Positions 54,574-63,449 of a stretch of 64,000 nucleotides of DNA are shown in pieces. The notes under the pieces are model-generated. The model made no database searches and was not told where the DNA came from. It worked only from the letters and a program-made list of their open reading frames with translations. Positions within the stretch are counted from its first letter, which is position 1, and the number at the start of each line of letters is the position of its first letter. The DNA comes from a virus, in the IMG/VR virus record IMGVR_UViG_3300021373_000005; one strand, given 5' to 3'. The translations under genes and the position numbers were made by a program.

Positions 54574-54602
54574 ATTATACACCATCTCATAAAGAATGTC
54601 AA
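54574..54602 (-). promoter_or_regulatory. Sigma70-type early promoter
   Basis: TTGACA-N17-TATAAT. Confidence 0.85.
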
Positions 54603-54673
54603 TAGTTTTTATGAGAAAAAATGAATTATTTTGGAATATGGATAGAACTAAAAGGAATAAGGAGATCCAGTCG

Positions 54674-55204
54674 TTATTTAACTGGATCCCAGGATTCGTC
54701 AAGCATTGATTGCGCTTGACCTTTAAGGATTGGGTCTGCCTTCGTTAAAACATCCATCATATATTGTTTTTCATACTTATATGCTTTATGGAAGAACTTT
54801 TGGTCATGTGGGATAATAGTTTGACTGTTGTGAATTAAGTCGGCAACTTTTATCGTTTGACTTTCAGCAGGTCCTAGAGCAAAATGGTCTGCATCCATTT
54901 TCTTGCGGAACGCACGGTTCCCATCTTCCTTTTCGGAAACGTTTGTGCAATAGTGAACATATTCTGCTACTGTGGTACCAAATGTATCTTTGATTTCTCT
55001 AAATGTAACAGGAGTATCTTCAACTACGTCGTGAAGTAAAGCAGCAGCAATCATCTCAGGAGTATGTTCTACTGTCTCTACTATTTTTGAAACGCCAATA
55101 GGATGTATGGAGTAAGGTTCTCCTGTATACTTCCGTCTTTGACCATCGTGTGCACGAATGGCCAACATTAACGCTTCTTGAATTAATTTTGTATCTTTAA
55201 TCAT
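54674..55204 (-). CDS. Stand-alone RelA/SpoT-type HD hydrolase (Mesh1/small alarmone hydrolase-like)
   Basis: AH.GQ.RK.TGEPY.IHP..V, AAALLHDVVEDT, IKVADLIHN. Confidence 0.85.
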   Translation of the reverse strand: MIKDTKLIQEALMLAIRAHDGQRRKYTGEPYSIHPIGVSKIVETVEHTPEMIAAALLHDVVEDTPVTFREIKDTFGTTVAEYVHYCTNVSEKEDGNRAFRKKMDADHFALGPAESQTIKVADLIHNSQTIIPHDQKFFHKAYKYEKQYMMDVLTKADPILKGQAQSMLDESWDPVK

Positions 55205-55213
55205 AATTCAGCT

Positions 55214-55242
55214 ATTTTAATCTATTTTCTTTATGATGTCAA
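55214..55242 (-). promoter_or_regulatory. Sigma70-type promoter
   Basis: TTGACA-N17-TAAAAT directly upstream of the HD gene. Confidence 0.75.
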
Positions 55243-55255
55243 TAGTTATTTATTA

Positions 55256-55603
55256 TTAATGTAATACTTGACTACCTTCTGCCACTAATCCATCAATCAT
55301 ATCAAATGTTTCTTCTCCATGTCCTGACTTGATTATGTCAACAACAGTAGGAAATTCTGACTCTGTTTCAACTTCAAGTGTTGAAAGCTGTCTTTGCTTT
55401 CTTGGAGGAAACATATCAGTTATATAATGATGAGCTGCACGTTCAGTTTTAAATGAGCAACATGTAGTTAAGCCAAAAGGATTGTTCGCAGCAAAGCATG
55501 CATATATTCTACCATCCTCTTCCATACCTAAGTCATATCCGTTATATGTCCCTAAGAAAACTCCCATGTTAATATCAGAGATTATGTACCTTTTCTTTTT
55601 CAT
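55256..55603 (-). CDS. Hypothetical protein
   Basis: 115 aa, overlaps the exonuclease stop. Confidence 0.6.
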   Translation of the reverse strand: MKKKRYIISDINMGVFLGTYNGYDLGMEEDGRIYACFAANNPFGLTTCCSFKTERAAHHYITDMFPPRKQRQLSTLEVETESEFPTVVDIIKSGHGEETFDMIDGLVAEGSQVLH

Positions 55604-56267
55604 ATAATTCTTTATATGTTTCCCTTACAGCTTTAAAGTGGTCAATGTAATCAGTCGTATTAAATTCGAAGATTTGTGGATCTTCATTATCAACACCAAT
55701 AAAGACAACACCTTTTTTAATTTGAGTACCTGTCATTTCCTCAAATGCTTTTGCATAAAATGCAACTTGCATATAATAATTGAGAATCCATTCTTCTTTC
55801 TTAAGTTTTCTTGATGTCTTAAAATCAATGACAGCAAGTTCACCTTCCCATTCTCCGATACAATCTACTTGCCCAGCAGTTTGTAATTCGTTAGAATATA
55901 AGAAACATTCTTGGTACCATATATTATTTATCTTATCATCAAGAACTGGTTTCATCTTATTAAACATATCAATGTTCGCAGGCATATGTTTCTTTTTATA
56001 ATCTGGATCGTTATCCAAATAATCTTCACATAGTTTGTGTACTGCAGTTCCACGACGTGCGGCTTGAGAAGAGATACGATTTGCTTCTTCTTCTCCGACT
56101 CGTTTACGCCATGCCATTAGAGATTCTTTTCCAAGAATACCTAATACTGTTGTGACTGAAGGATAACCTTCACCCGATGGAGTTTGGTAAATACGTTTAC
56201 CGTCTACATTTGCTCGTGTAAGTTTTTCGAGGACTGGTGCCTCTGAATTGTGTTCAAATAATTTCAT
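55575..56267 (-). CDS. PD-(D/E)XK / Cas4-like exonuclease
   Basis: YPSVTTVLG, RGT.VH...E.YL, AGQVDCI, IDFKTSRK, Q..FYA. Confidence 0.85.
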   Translation of the reverse strand: MKLFEHNSEAPVLEKLTRANVDGKRIYQTPSGEGYPSVTTVLGILGKESLMAWRKRVGEEEANRISSQAARRGTAVHKLCEDYLDNDPDYKKKHMPANIDMFNKMKPVLDDKINNIWYQECFLYSNELQTAGQVDCIGEWEGELAVIDFKTSRKLKKEEWILNYYMQVAFYAKAFEEMTGTQIKKGVVFIGVDNEDPQIFEFNTTDYIDHFKAVRETYKELYEKEKVHNL

Positions 56268-56317
56268 AATATAATCCTATGAAAGGTTGGGGATCCGAAG
56301 ATCCCCTTCCTAGTTTG

Positions 56318-57079
56318 TTAGGCAGTCATTGCTAAAGGCGGCCTATATGATTGTTTCTCCTTTGCTATAATATATTCTTTTACTAAACCACTTCTTACGA
56401 TATCTTCAATTCCAAATTGAACTATCTTAAAGGAATGGTCCATCCTTTTTAATACATTAATAAAGTCGGTAAGACCGGATGTATCATTCCGATTCCTACT
56501 CCCAGCAAGATCATCTTGCGCTGTGTCACCACAGAATATGATTCTCGATGTTTCACCTACACGAGTAATAATACTATCTAACTCGTGATATGTCATACTT
56601 TGACATTCATCTACAATAATAATAGAATTATCAAATGTAAGTCCGCGAACGAACGATGATGTCATAAATTTGACGGAATGCTTTTGTTTTAGTATCTCCC
56701 AAGCATCTCCTCTGCCAAATAAGTTATTTACAATATCAGCATAAGGTACTGAATAGACGGCTTCTTTTTGAGCCTGGGTACCTGGCATAAAGCCTTGTTC
56801 CCGTGTCTGAACCGCTGAACGGACAATTATAACTTGGTCATAATTATCATCATTTAAAATGTCACTTAAACCAAGATATAATCCACACATTGTTTTTCCT
56901 GTGCCTGCTGTTCCGATAGCAGCGATATTATATCCAGCATTATAGCTGTCGAACATATCCTCTTGAGTCGTGGTCATTGGGGAAATATTTCTCATTGAGA
57001 ATTTTGTATCCAAAGTTCCTTTTTGTTTCCTTTTCAATAACCTTTTCTCTTTTGGTGATAAACGACGCTGTCTTGACAT
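56318..57079 (-). CDS. phoH: PhoH-like ATPase
   Basis: GTAGTGKT, IVRSAV, GFMPG, SFVRGLTFDN.IIIVDECQ, IITRVG..SRIIFCGD..Q.DL, DIVRSGLVK. Confidence 0.93.
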   Translation of the reverse strand: MSRQRRLSPKEKRLLKRKQKGTLDTKFSMRNISPMTTTQEDMFDSYNAGYNIAAIGTAGTGKTMCGLYLGLSDILNDDNYDQVIIVRSAVQTREQGFMPGTQAQKEAVYSVPYADIVNNLFGRGDAWEILKQKHSVKFMTSSFVRGLTFDNSIIIVDECQSMTYHELDSIITRVGETSRIIFCGDTAQDDLAGSRNRNDTSGLTDFINVLKRMDHSFKIVQFGIEDIVRSGLVKEYIIAKEKQSYRPPLAMTA

Positions 57080-57126
57080 AATTAATCTCCTGTTTGCATC
57101 AACTATGGAGATAACAAAAATCTCAA

Positions 57127-57372
57127 TTATTTCCAGTCGTTGATTTTGTTTCCTGTGTATGATTTGTTTTCCTTCATAGACGAAAGTAAATCACGAAAAC
57201 CTTGGTCAGGTTTCATTCGACCAAGGCGCGCAGCATCAATCACGGAGTTGCCGCTAGAAATTATTGTTTTAAGATGGGGGTTTTCTTTGAGGTAATCTTC
57301 GCGAGCTGAGATCTTCATGAACTTCTCGAATTGCTCGCCTGTGTTTGTATCTTCAAATGTATACGTAGGCAT
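57127..57372 (-). CDS. FmdB-like small regulatory protein
   Basis: MPTYTFEDTNTGEQFEKFM pattern; upstream of phoH as in other T4-like phages. Confidence 0.6.
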   Translation of the reverse strand: MPTYTFEDTNTGEQFEKFMKISAREDYLKENPHLKTIISSGNSVIDAARLGRMKPDQGFRDLLSSMKENKSYTGNKINDWK

Positions 57373-57401
57373 TTAGTATCCAATCCTATATTGCATATTT
57401 T

Positions 57402-57409
57402 TATTTATA
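57402..57409 (-). promoter_or_regulatory. T4-type late promoter TATAAATA
   Basis: Forward TATTTATA at the stop of the HAD gene, upstream of the FmdB-like gene and phoH. Confidence 0.6.
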
Positions 57410-58007
57410 CAATTTCTTCGTAGATTTCTTTCCAAAGCCTAACTTTTCTTATGTCAGGATGGTTATAATCATCGTTGAAATCGTGTGCAATCAGATAAGA
57501 TCTAAGACCCAGATTCAGACCGCATTCTGCGTTTTCAGGTTTATCTTCAACCCAGATACAACCGCTATCTTTGTAAGGAGCTAATCCATCGTCCTTATCT
57601 GCACCGCAGTCAAGGCAAACTACTTTCTCAAATACACCTTTACCGAATAAAGTTTCGAGATTTTGTTCTCTTAATTTACCGGCATAGTAATCAGTACTGA
57701 GACTAGTAATACAATGAAATACATAACCTTCGTCATGTAATTTTTTAACATATTTAATTGCATCTCTTAATCCTGGTAAATATCCGATTCTTGCAGATTC
57801 GTTAAACTGTCTGATTAGTTTCTTAGCTTCGGCTTTTGTAATGCCAAATGTCTCGGCCACTTCATATTGACCGTGTACCTGCATAATATGGCCTTTATCA
57901 GCCATAAAGCTGTAGAAAGCATATTTCCAATCAAGGAGTACACCGTCACAGTCTACAAGTATTAATTTATCTGTTCTAAAGTTCATTTTTGTCATTTCTT
58001 TTTCCAT
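57405..58007 (-). CDS. HAD-family 5'(3')-nucleotidase-like protein
   Basis: LVDCDGVLLDW (DxDG), CITS, WVEDKPEN. Confidence 0.8.
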   Translation of the reverse strand: MEKEMTKMNFRTDKLILVDCDGVLLDWKYAFYSFMADKGHIMQVHGQYEVAETFGITKAEAKKLIRQFNESARIGYLPGLRDAIKYVKKLHDEGYVFHCITSLSTDYYAGKLREQNLETLFGKGVFEKVVCLDCGADKDDGLAPYKDSGCIWVEDKPENAECGLNLGLRSYLIAHDFNDDYNHPDIRKVRLWKEIYEEIV

Positions 58008-58017
58008 TTCAAATTAT

Positions 58018-58046
58018 ATTATAACAAAGAATTGACCAAATGTCAA
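58018..58046 (-). promoter_or_regulatory. Sigma70-type early promoter
   Basis: TTGACA-N17-TATAAT. Confidence 0.85.
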
Positions 58047-58052
58047 TAGTTT

Positions 58053-58199
58053 TTATGAAAAAAAGTTTTTCTTTTCGGATAGCTTTTGTTTCCGAATGTT
58101 CCTAGTTTCATTCTTGGAACTTTTATTCCTTTTATTGTCTACTTTTTTGTATTCATTCCAATCGTTGGAATCTGCGCTTACCTTCTTGCGCCTAGACAT
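58053..58199 (-). CDS. Small basic hypothetical protein
   Basis: Likely start MSRRKK at 58199 after AAGG. Confidence 0.5.
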   Translation of the reverse strand: MSRRKKVSADSNDWNEYKKVDNKRNKSSKNETRNIRKQKLSEKKNFFS

Positions 58200-58212
58200 G
58201 GTGTTTTTCCTT

Positions 58213-58659
58213 TTATTTAAATCCGAGTTCCGGAAGAGGTGTTTCGAAGAGACCTGGAAAAGCAGCTTCAACAGTCTTTCTTGTAAGTCCTTTAACTGGA
58301 GTATGAGAAATCATATTCTCTGATAGCAATTTTGCATCTCCTGGATAAAGATCTTCAAGTAGCTGAATGAACAACGATTCGCGTCTCATTTGGTTTAGGT
58401 TATCATAACCACCGCCTTTGAAGAAAATTCTCAAACGTCTTGCTTCTCTATACAACATTGTGTCTAGGTCAATCAAGTTATTTTCTTTATAAGGTGGCTT
58501 TGAGTCAGGTACCATAAATTCAATGTCTTCATCATAAATCAAACGAAGAACACCTTTAAGTGGTACTGATTCATATTTCTGTAAAAAAGCAACTTTCTCT
58601 TTTACTGTTTTTTGTTTTACTGTGCCGTCAATAACGTCACACACTGCATCTCTAATCAT
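58213..58659 (-). CDS. Conserved T4-like hypothetical protein next to rnh
   Basis: LYREARRLRIF..GG...RRESLFIQLLE.L...DA.LL pattern; position typical of marine T4-like phages. Confidence 0.65.
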   Translation of the reverse strand: MIRDAVCDVIDGTVKQKTVKEKVAFLQKYESVPLKGVLRLIYDEDIEFMVPDSKPPYKENNLIDLDTMLYREARRLRIFFKGGGYDNLNQMRRESLFIQLLEDLYPGDAKLLSENMISHTPVKGLTRKTVEAAFPGLFETPLPELGFK

Positions 58660-58661
58660 AA

Positions 58662-59519
58662 TTAAAAATCCTGTAAGTCTCCGATTAAGTTTTTCAACTT
58701 TTTCTTTACGAAGTAGTTAAACAGTTGTGATCTGCCAACTTCTTCTTGGTTATTATATTCATTGAGGATAATCTTTTGATATTCCTCAGGTATCATAGTC
58801 AGGTCAATCATTTGTTTATTACGATTATACCTTAACTTAGTCTCCTCATCCATTTGTTCTGGAGTATTGGTGAACATTTCAATTCTTTTCTTTGTCATTG
58901 GCTTTTGTCTATTACCGACTGCCAAACAATTATCTTCACTCAATATATTTGGAACACCATCACCAGTGTCACCTTTTAATATATGTTCGGTTATATATTG
59001 CTGAGGATTTGCATGTCTTACCCATTTCTTTAAGACCGGGTTGTATTGGTCAACATTTGCGAATCTTTGTAATTGAATGAAATCCTTATCTCCTGAAAGA
59101 ATCAGAATCTTTTCTGCTCCTGTATTTAATTCAGTGCCATGTTCCATACATAGTGTTGCGATAATATCATCAGCTTCACAACGGTCAACATATACTACCT
59201 TATATGGAAAGAACTCTTCAATCTCTCTACGGATTTCATGGATAACATCAAATAGCATATTCCAATCAAGTTCTGATTCGTCTCGATTCTTTTTACGATT
59301 TGCTTTGTAATATGGAAAGTAATCTTTTCTCCAAACGTTTGTGTTATCACAACAGAGAACAATCTCTCCGTATTCTTTGTGAAACTTTTTGCGATTGAAC
59401 CTAATAGAATTTAGGAACATATGTCGGAGAAGATTTTCATCAAGTTCGACATTTGTGTGATTACCAATACCTGCGAAAAGACTCGCAAGCATAACCTGGT
59501 TATAATCAACTAATATCAT
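58662..59519 (-). CDS. rnh: T4-type RNase H (5'-3' exonuclease)
   Basis: ILVDYNQV, WRKDYFPYYKANRK, EADDIIA, ILSGDKDFIQL, KGD.GDGVPN.LS, RN..MIDL..IP. Confidence 0.93.
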   Translation of the reverse strand: MILVDYNQVMLASLFAGIGNHTNVELDENLLRHMFLNSIRFNRKKFHKEYGEIVLCCDNTNVWRKDYFPYYKANRKKNRDESELDWNMLFDVIHEIRREIEEFFPYKVVYVDRCEADDIIATLCMEHGTELNTGAEKILILSGDKDFIQLQRFANVDQYNPVLKKWVRHANPQQYITEHILKGDTGDGVPNILSEDNCLAVGNRQKPMTKKRIEMFTNTPEQMDEETKLRYNRNKQMIDLTMIPEEYQKIILNEYNNQEEVGRSQLFNYFVKKKLKNLIGDLQDF

Positions 59520-59551
59520 AATATGTACTCATAATTTATTTTGTAATGGAT

Positions 59552-59580
59552 ATTTTAATCTAAATCTTCGTCGATGTCAA
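59552..59580 (-). promoter_or_regulatory. Sigma70-type promoter embedded in the end of the upstream ORF
   Basis: TTGACA-N17-TAAAAT; the -35 lies in the codons for TIDI. Confidence 0.75.
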
Positions 59581-59947
59581 TAGTTTCTTCTAAATTCTTT
59601 TTGAGTCCACCAGATAGGCGATCTGGGTCAGAATCCAATATCATAACATTATTTTCAGCAAATGGTTGTAATTGATGCTCTTCACCCATTGTTTGTAGAT
59701 GTAAAGAACGAATTGCTTCAAAGATAAGAATCATAGAAGGAAAGTACTTATCCATGTTTTCATCAAAGTCGCAACCTGCTCTTGCCATTTCTCCTAATAC
59801 ATTTTCCCATATAATTTCCGCAAGTTCCGTAGAATACGATTCTTTATATTCGCGAATTCTTTCTGAAACACTGACTTGGTCAACTGGTGGATTTGAATGT
59901 ATATTTGGAAAAGGTATTAAGTTATCCTTGTTTTTGGTAGACATCAC
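59555..59947 (-). CDS. Hypothetical protein
   Basis: 130 aa, N-terminal NLIPFP motif. Confidence 0.6.
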   Translation of the reverse strand: MMSTKNKDNLIPFPNIHSNPPVDQVSVSERIREYKESYSTELAEIIWENVLGEMARAGCDFDENMDKYFPSMILIFEAIRSLHLQTMGEEHQLQPFAENNVMILDSDPDRLSGGLKKNLEETIDIDEDLD

Positions 59948-60890
59948 CGATGTTCCTTAGTAAAGTATTCCACATAGTGGCAAATGAAGCAACTGAGTTT
60001 CTTGCTAGGTTAAATCTGTCAGAGAAAGTAAATCCATGGAAATAGTTAGGATCGTTTTTCATTTGTGTTAGTATTTGTCTTGTCACAGCAAAAGCATAAT
60101 TTGCATGATGATTCATATCTTCATTCCAATCATACATAATTGTTGCATTAGCACCTGTCTCAGGTAATGCTCCATAATTTGGGTGAATACAAATCATTTG
60201 CGATTTGATTGCTTCAAGTAATGCAATACAAGATGTTTCTTTCCAAATATTTGGATATAAGAAAATATGAGATTTGTCTAAAGCTTCGAGAACTTCATCA
60301 TTTGATTTAACACCATGATAAGTCATTTGTTCATGGTCTTCAATTCTTTGGAACATTTCTTTATATGCTTCGTTACGTTCTTCCCAACCATAAATCTCAA
60401 ATCCTGAGAATACGTCAAGATGAATATTATCAAATTCTTTACATAGAGTTTCAAAGATAGGAACAAGTAATTCTAATCCACGATGTGGAGTTGTATGATA
60501 GACGAAACGAATTGTTTCCATATCTTTTTCTTTAGGGTTGTATTTCACTTCAACTGCGTTATGAATAACTGAGCATTTTGAATAAGGAATACCAAATCTT
60601 ACAATGTATTGGTCACGCTGCCATGCAGATACAAATACAAAGTGATGGAATTTTTCCCAACCACCTTCTTTTAAGATTTTATTTTCAGGATCTTCTGCGA
60701 GGTCATGACACCAAAGTACATTTGGGACATCATCATATAATTCTCTTGGTCTTGATAAATGTACTGCTACTTTTTCTAATACTTCTTTATCAATATTATC
60801 AATTAATCGCTGTCTCATCATTTCAGTTCCGCCTTTTGAATTCTTAGACAGTTCTGTTTCTACAACTTCACCTTTATATACACAACTCAT
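59922..60890 (-). CDS. GT-B fold glycosyltransferase (GT4-like)
   Basis: KGGTE, FVSAWQ, YHTTPHRGLELL, YP...KETSCIALLEA, GALPET. Confidence 0.85.
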   Translation of the reverse strand: MSCVYKGEVVETELSKNSKGGTEMMRQRLIDNIDKEVLEKVAVHLSRPRELYDDVPNVLWCHDLAEDPENKILKEGGWEKFHHFVFVSAWQRDQYIVRFGIPYSKCSVIHNAVEVKYNPKEKDMETIRFVYHTTPHRGLELLVPIFETLCKEFDNIHLDVFSGFEIYGWEERNEAYKEMFQRIEDHEQMTYHGVKSNDEVLEALDKSHIFLYPNIWKETSCIALLEAIKSQMICIHPNYGALPETGANATIMYDWNEDMNHHANYAFAVTRQILTQMKNDPNYFHGFTFSDRFNLARNSVASFATMWNTLLRNIGDVYQKQG

Positions 60891-61723
60891 TATAATTCTC
60901 CATAAATTTTATGTGATTCTCGTTCATTATCAAATATGCCATCAAGTGATAACCATTGACCTTTCTTTTCCCACCATCCATCTAAGAACTCGTAGGAATA
61001 AAAAGCTGAACTTGCTTGTTCGTTATAATAATATATATTCTTAGACCTAAAGTCAGTTACATTATGGTTGAATAAAGGAAAGGAAATAACTAACCCAAAT
61101 CCATGTAATATATTATTCTCTGTTGTCACCGGACTACCAAGTGGCATACGATAATGAATCTTATCTGAATATTCTCCAAAATAATATTCTATTAATTTTT
61201 CTGCATATTCTCTTTTAATTGCATATGCTTGTAAACCGTGGTCCCAGAGTTCTCTTCTCTTTGGTACCATCGGAATGTATTCGTTTTGATAATCATAGGG
61301 ATATTCAAAAACATTACACATATGTAATGCTCCCCAATCCCACTGATTACATCTTTCAATATATTCTTCTAATGTAAAATTCCAATATTGAATTGTTTCG
61401 TAATCTAAATCATCTTCGAAGAATAAACCGTATTCTTCATCTGTATTTTCATACCACCATTTAATAGTAAGTAAATGTGAGGAAGTTACACCTTTAGTTG
61501 TAGTATTAACTACACTGGGATCACCTACGAAAGCAATACTTTTGCCTTCCTCATAACGATCGTATGAATGTACTTTAATATTATTAACACCGTGTCGTAG
61601 AAATTCTGATTCTGTCCATGACCTACGATCTTGACATTCTTTAAGATTGATTATGTTCGGTATCGGTAGATTCTGTAATTTGTCCGTTAGTGCTATCAAG
61701 TTTAAACTCTTCATTAAGTTCAT
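60890..61723 (-). CDS. GT25-family (LPS biosynthesis-type) glycosyltransferase
   Basis: IINLKE..DRR, SHL..IK.W, LFFEDDL, AYAIKREYAEKL; exact start uncertain. Confidence 0.75.
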   Translation of the reverse strand: MNLMKSLNLIALTDKLQNLPIPNIINLKECQDRRSWTESEFLRHGVNNIKVHSYDRYEEGKSIAFVGDPSVVNTTTKGVTSSHLLTIKWWYENTDEEYGLFFEDDLDYETIQYWNFTLEEYIERCNQWDWGALHMCNVFEYPYDYQNEYIPMVPKRRELWDHGLQAYAIKREYAEKLIEYYFGEYSDKIHYRMPLGSPVTTENNILHGFGLVISFPLFNHNVTDFRSKNIYYYNEQASSAFYSYEFLDGWWEKKGQWLSLDGIFDNERESHKIYGEL

Positions 61724-62327
61724 TATAAATCTCAGTTAGTGTATTATGAAAGTTTCTGACTGAACCATTATTATGTATACGATATGTGTTAATATTTGGT
61801 AATTTCTGTTCAAGTACAAAAGTCTTATCTATTTTTGTTGGATGATTAATTACATATTCTTTAATTAGATTACCATTGAAGTATCTACGACTATCAGTTG
61901 AAAAATCATGTCCTTCTCTTGTAATTTGAACAACAACTATATTCTCTGCACCAACCTTTTCAATTAAAGGTACAAGTTCTTCAACAAATCCACCATCTGC
62001 TACGGCGTAATGTACACCTTCTTCAATTTCTTTTGATACTTTCCAACCAAAGAACGATTTGCCATTTTTAGGTTTAATGATATCTTCTGATACATGAATC
62101 ATTGCTTCTCTTCTTGACCTATCACCTAAAGCAAATTCTTTCTTTTCTTTAATATCTCTATCTTCGTAACCTTCCATGAACCAATTTTCATCAACGCCAA
62201 AATGTGCAATCGTTTCTTTAAACAATTGATACTTAAAAGACAGGTTGCCAAATCCAAACTGTTCTTTATATAAACTTGCTGCTTCATCTTTGCCTGAAGC
62301 TGGGGGACCGTTAAATATTACTATCAT
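61641..62327 (-). CDS. Deoxynucleoside monophosphate kinase (gp1-like)
   Basis: P-loop NGPPASGKD, REAMI..SE, DGGF.EE. Confidence 0.75.
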   Translation of the reverse strand: MIVIFNGPPASGKDEAASLYKEQFGFGNLSFKYQLFKETIAHFGVDENWFMEGYEDRDIKEKKEFALGDRSRREAMIHVSEDIIKPKNGKSFFGWKVSKEIEEGVHYAVADGGFVEELVPLIEKVGAENIVVVQITREGHDFSTDSRRYFNGNLIKEYVINHPTKIDKTFVLEQKLPNINTYRIHNNGSVRNFHNTLTEIYNELNEEFKLDSTNGQITESTDTEHNQS

Positions 62328-62892
62328 CTAATTTTCCGTTTTGTTTATAGAATCCATATTTACAAATATAGTAGGAATCTACAATATCAGTAATAGGATT
62401 CCATGATTTGTTTATTATACCACATTTTTCGCGAATGTCAATAGAAACTTCTTTTTCAAATGCTTCAATCATAAATTCTTTGTTTGCGTTACCTTTTCCA
62501 CTGCCAAACTTTTTAATCATTGTTGGAGGATAAACTTCGTGAGGTATTCCTTTCTCATATAGTTTATGTTTAAACAAACCACAATTCTCTGCTATTTGAA
62601 ATACTCTACCTACTGCTCCAAATGCGTATCCTTCAATTCCAACGAAGTCACATTCAAAACATTTCTCTTGCGACCATGAACCTAACATATCGTATCTCTC
62701 TTGGTCGGTTGTCCAATTGTCAGGATACATTGTTGCTTGAAACTGACCTTTCTCTCCTTGTAGCAATTTCTTTTGCTTTACATAATAATAAAAGGTGCAG
62801 TTATCATAACTCCATTCTTCGCCTTCATGTATACAAATTGCTGGACTACTTAAGCTGTAGTCAACACCAGCGTATTTCATAATATACTCCAT
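62311..62892 (-). CDS. RuvC-like nuclease (possible Holliday junction resolvase)
   Basis: AGVDYSLSSPAIC, IEGYAFG, PT.IKKF.SGKGNANKE.M, DIVDSY. Confidence 0.75.
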   Translation of the reverse strand: MEYIMKYAGVDYSLSSPAICIHEGEEWSYDNCTFYYYVKQKKLLQGEKGQFQATMYPDNWTTDQERYDMLGSWSQEKCFECDFVGIEGYAFGAVGRVFQIAENCGLFKHKLYEKGIPHEVYPPTMIKKFGSGKGNANKEFMIEAFEKEVSIDIREKCGIINKSWNPITDIVDSYYICKYGFYKQNGKLDDSNI

Positions 62893-62896
62893 AATA

Positions 62897-62904
62897 TATT
62901 TATA
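62897..62904 (-). promoter_or_regulatory. T4-type late promoter TATAAATA
   Basis: Forward TATTTATA just upstream of the RuvC-like gene. Confidence 0.6.
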
Positions 62905-62915
62905 GAGTTATTTAT

Positions 62916-63449
62916 TCATTCTGCACGGTAGAATATATGACTTCCGATAGTTCCTACTTGTTGTAAAGATGGAGCCCAATAAGGATCTACCCAAGTCGTA
63001 TGATAATGAGTTGCTCCTTCAGTGATCCCACGATACTTACCGTTATTGATTATCTGATAAGAAATGTATAATGCATCAGACCAAGCATCGCCATCCATGG
63101 CATCATCGGACTTACCATCACAATACCAACTGAATTGACATTGATTTCTTATAGGTACAAGAAGATTAGGGTCCTTCCAAGAAGGTTTATGTTTGCCTTG
63201 ATATATAACTGCACAAACAGTATTTGGATATCTATCGTCACGTACACGATTTAAAACAACATCAGCAACGGCATATTTACCTGCTAAGTTCTCTGAACGA
63301 GATTCGTGGTAAATATTCTTTGCCATACAATGTTCGTCTTGAGAAGTAACATAATCATAATCCATTGAACCTTGGACTTTCATTGTTCCGAAAGCCATTC
63401 CTACTATTAATGCTAAAGCTAAAAATCCGAGTTGATTAAAGATTTTCAT
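62916..63449 (-). CDS. SleB-family cell-wall hydrolase
   Basis: Signal/anchor; CMAKNIYHESR.E, VA.VVLNRV, YPNTVC.VIYQ, CQFSWYCDG, GATHYH, IGSHIFY. Confidence 0.9.
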   Translation of the reverse strand: MKIFNQLGFLALALIVGMAFGTMKVQGSMDYDYVTSQDEHCMAKNIYHESRSENLAGKYAVADVVLNRVRDDRYPNTVCAVIYQGKHKPSWKDPNLLVPIRNQCQFSWYCDGKSDDAMDGDAWSDALYISYQIINNGKYRGITEGATHYHTTWVDPYWAPSLQQVGTIGSHIFYRAE

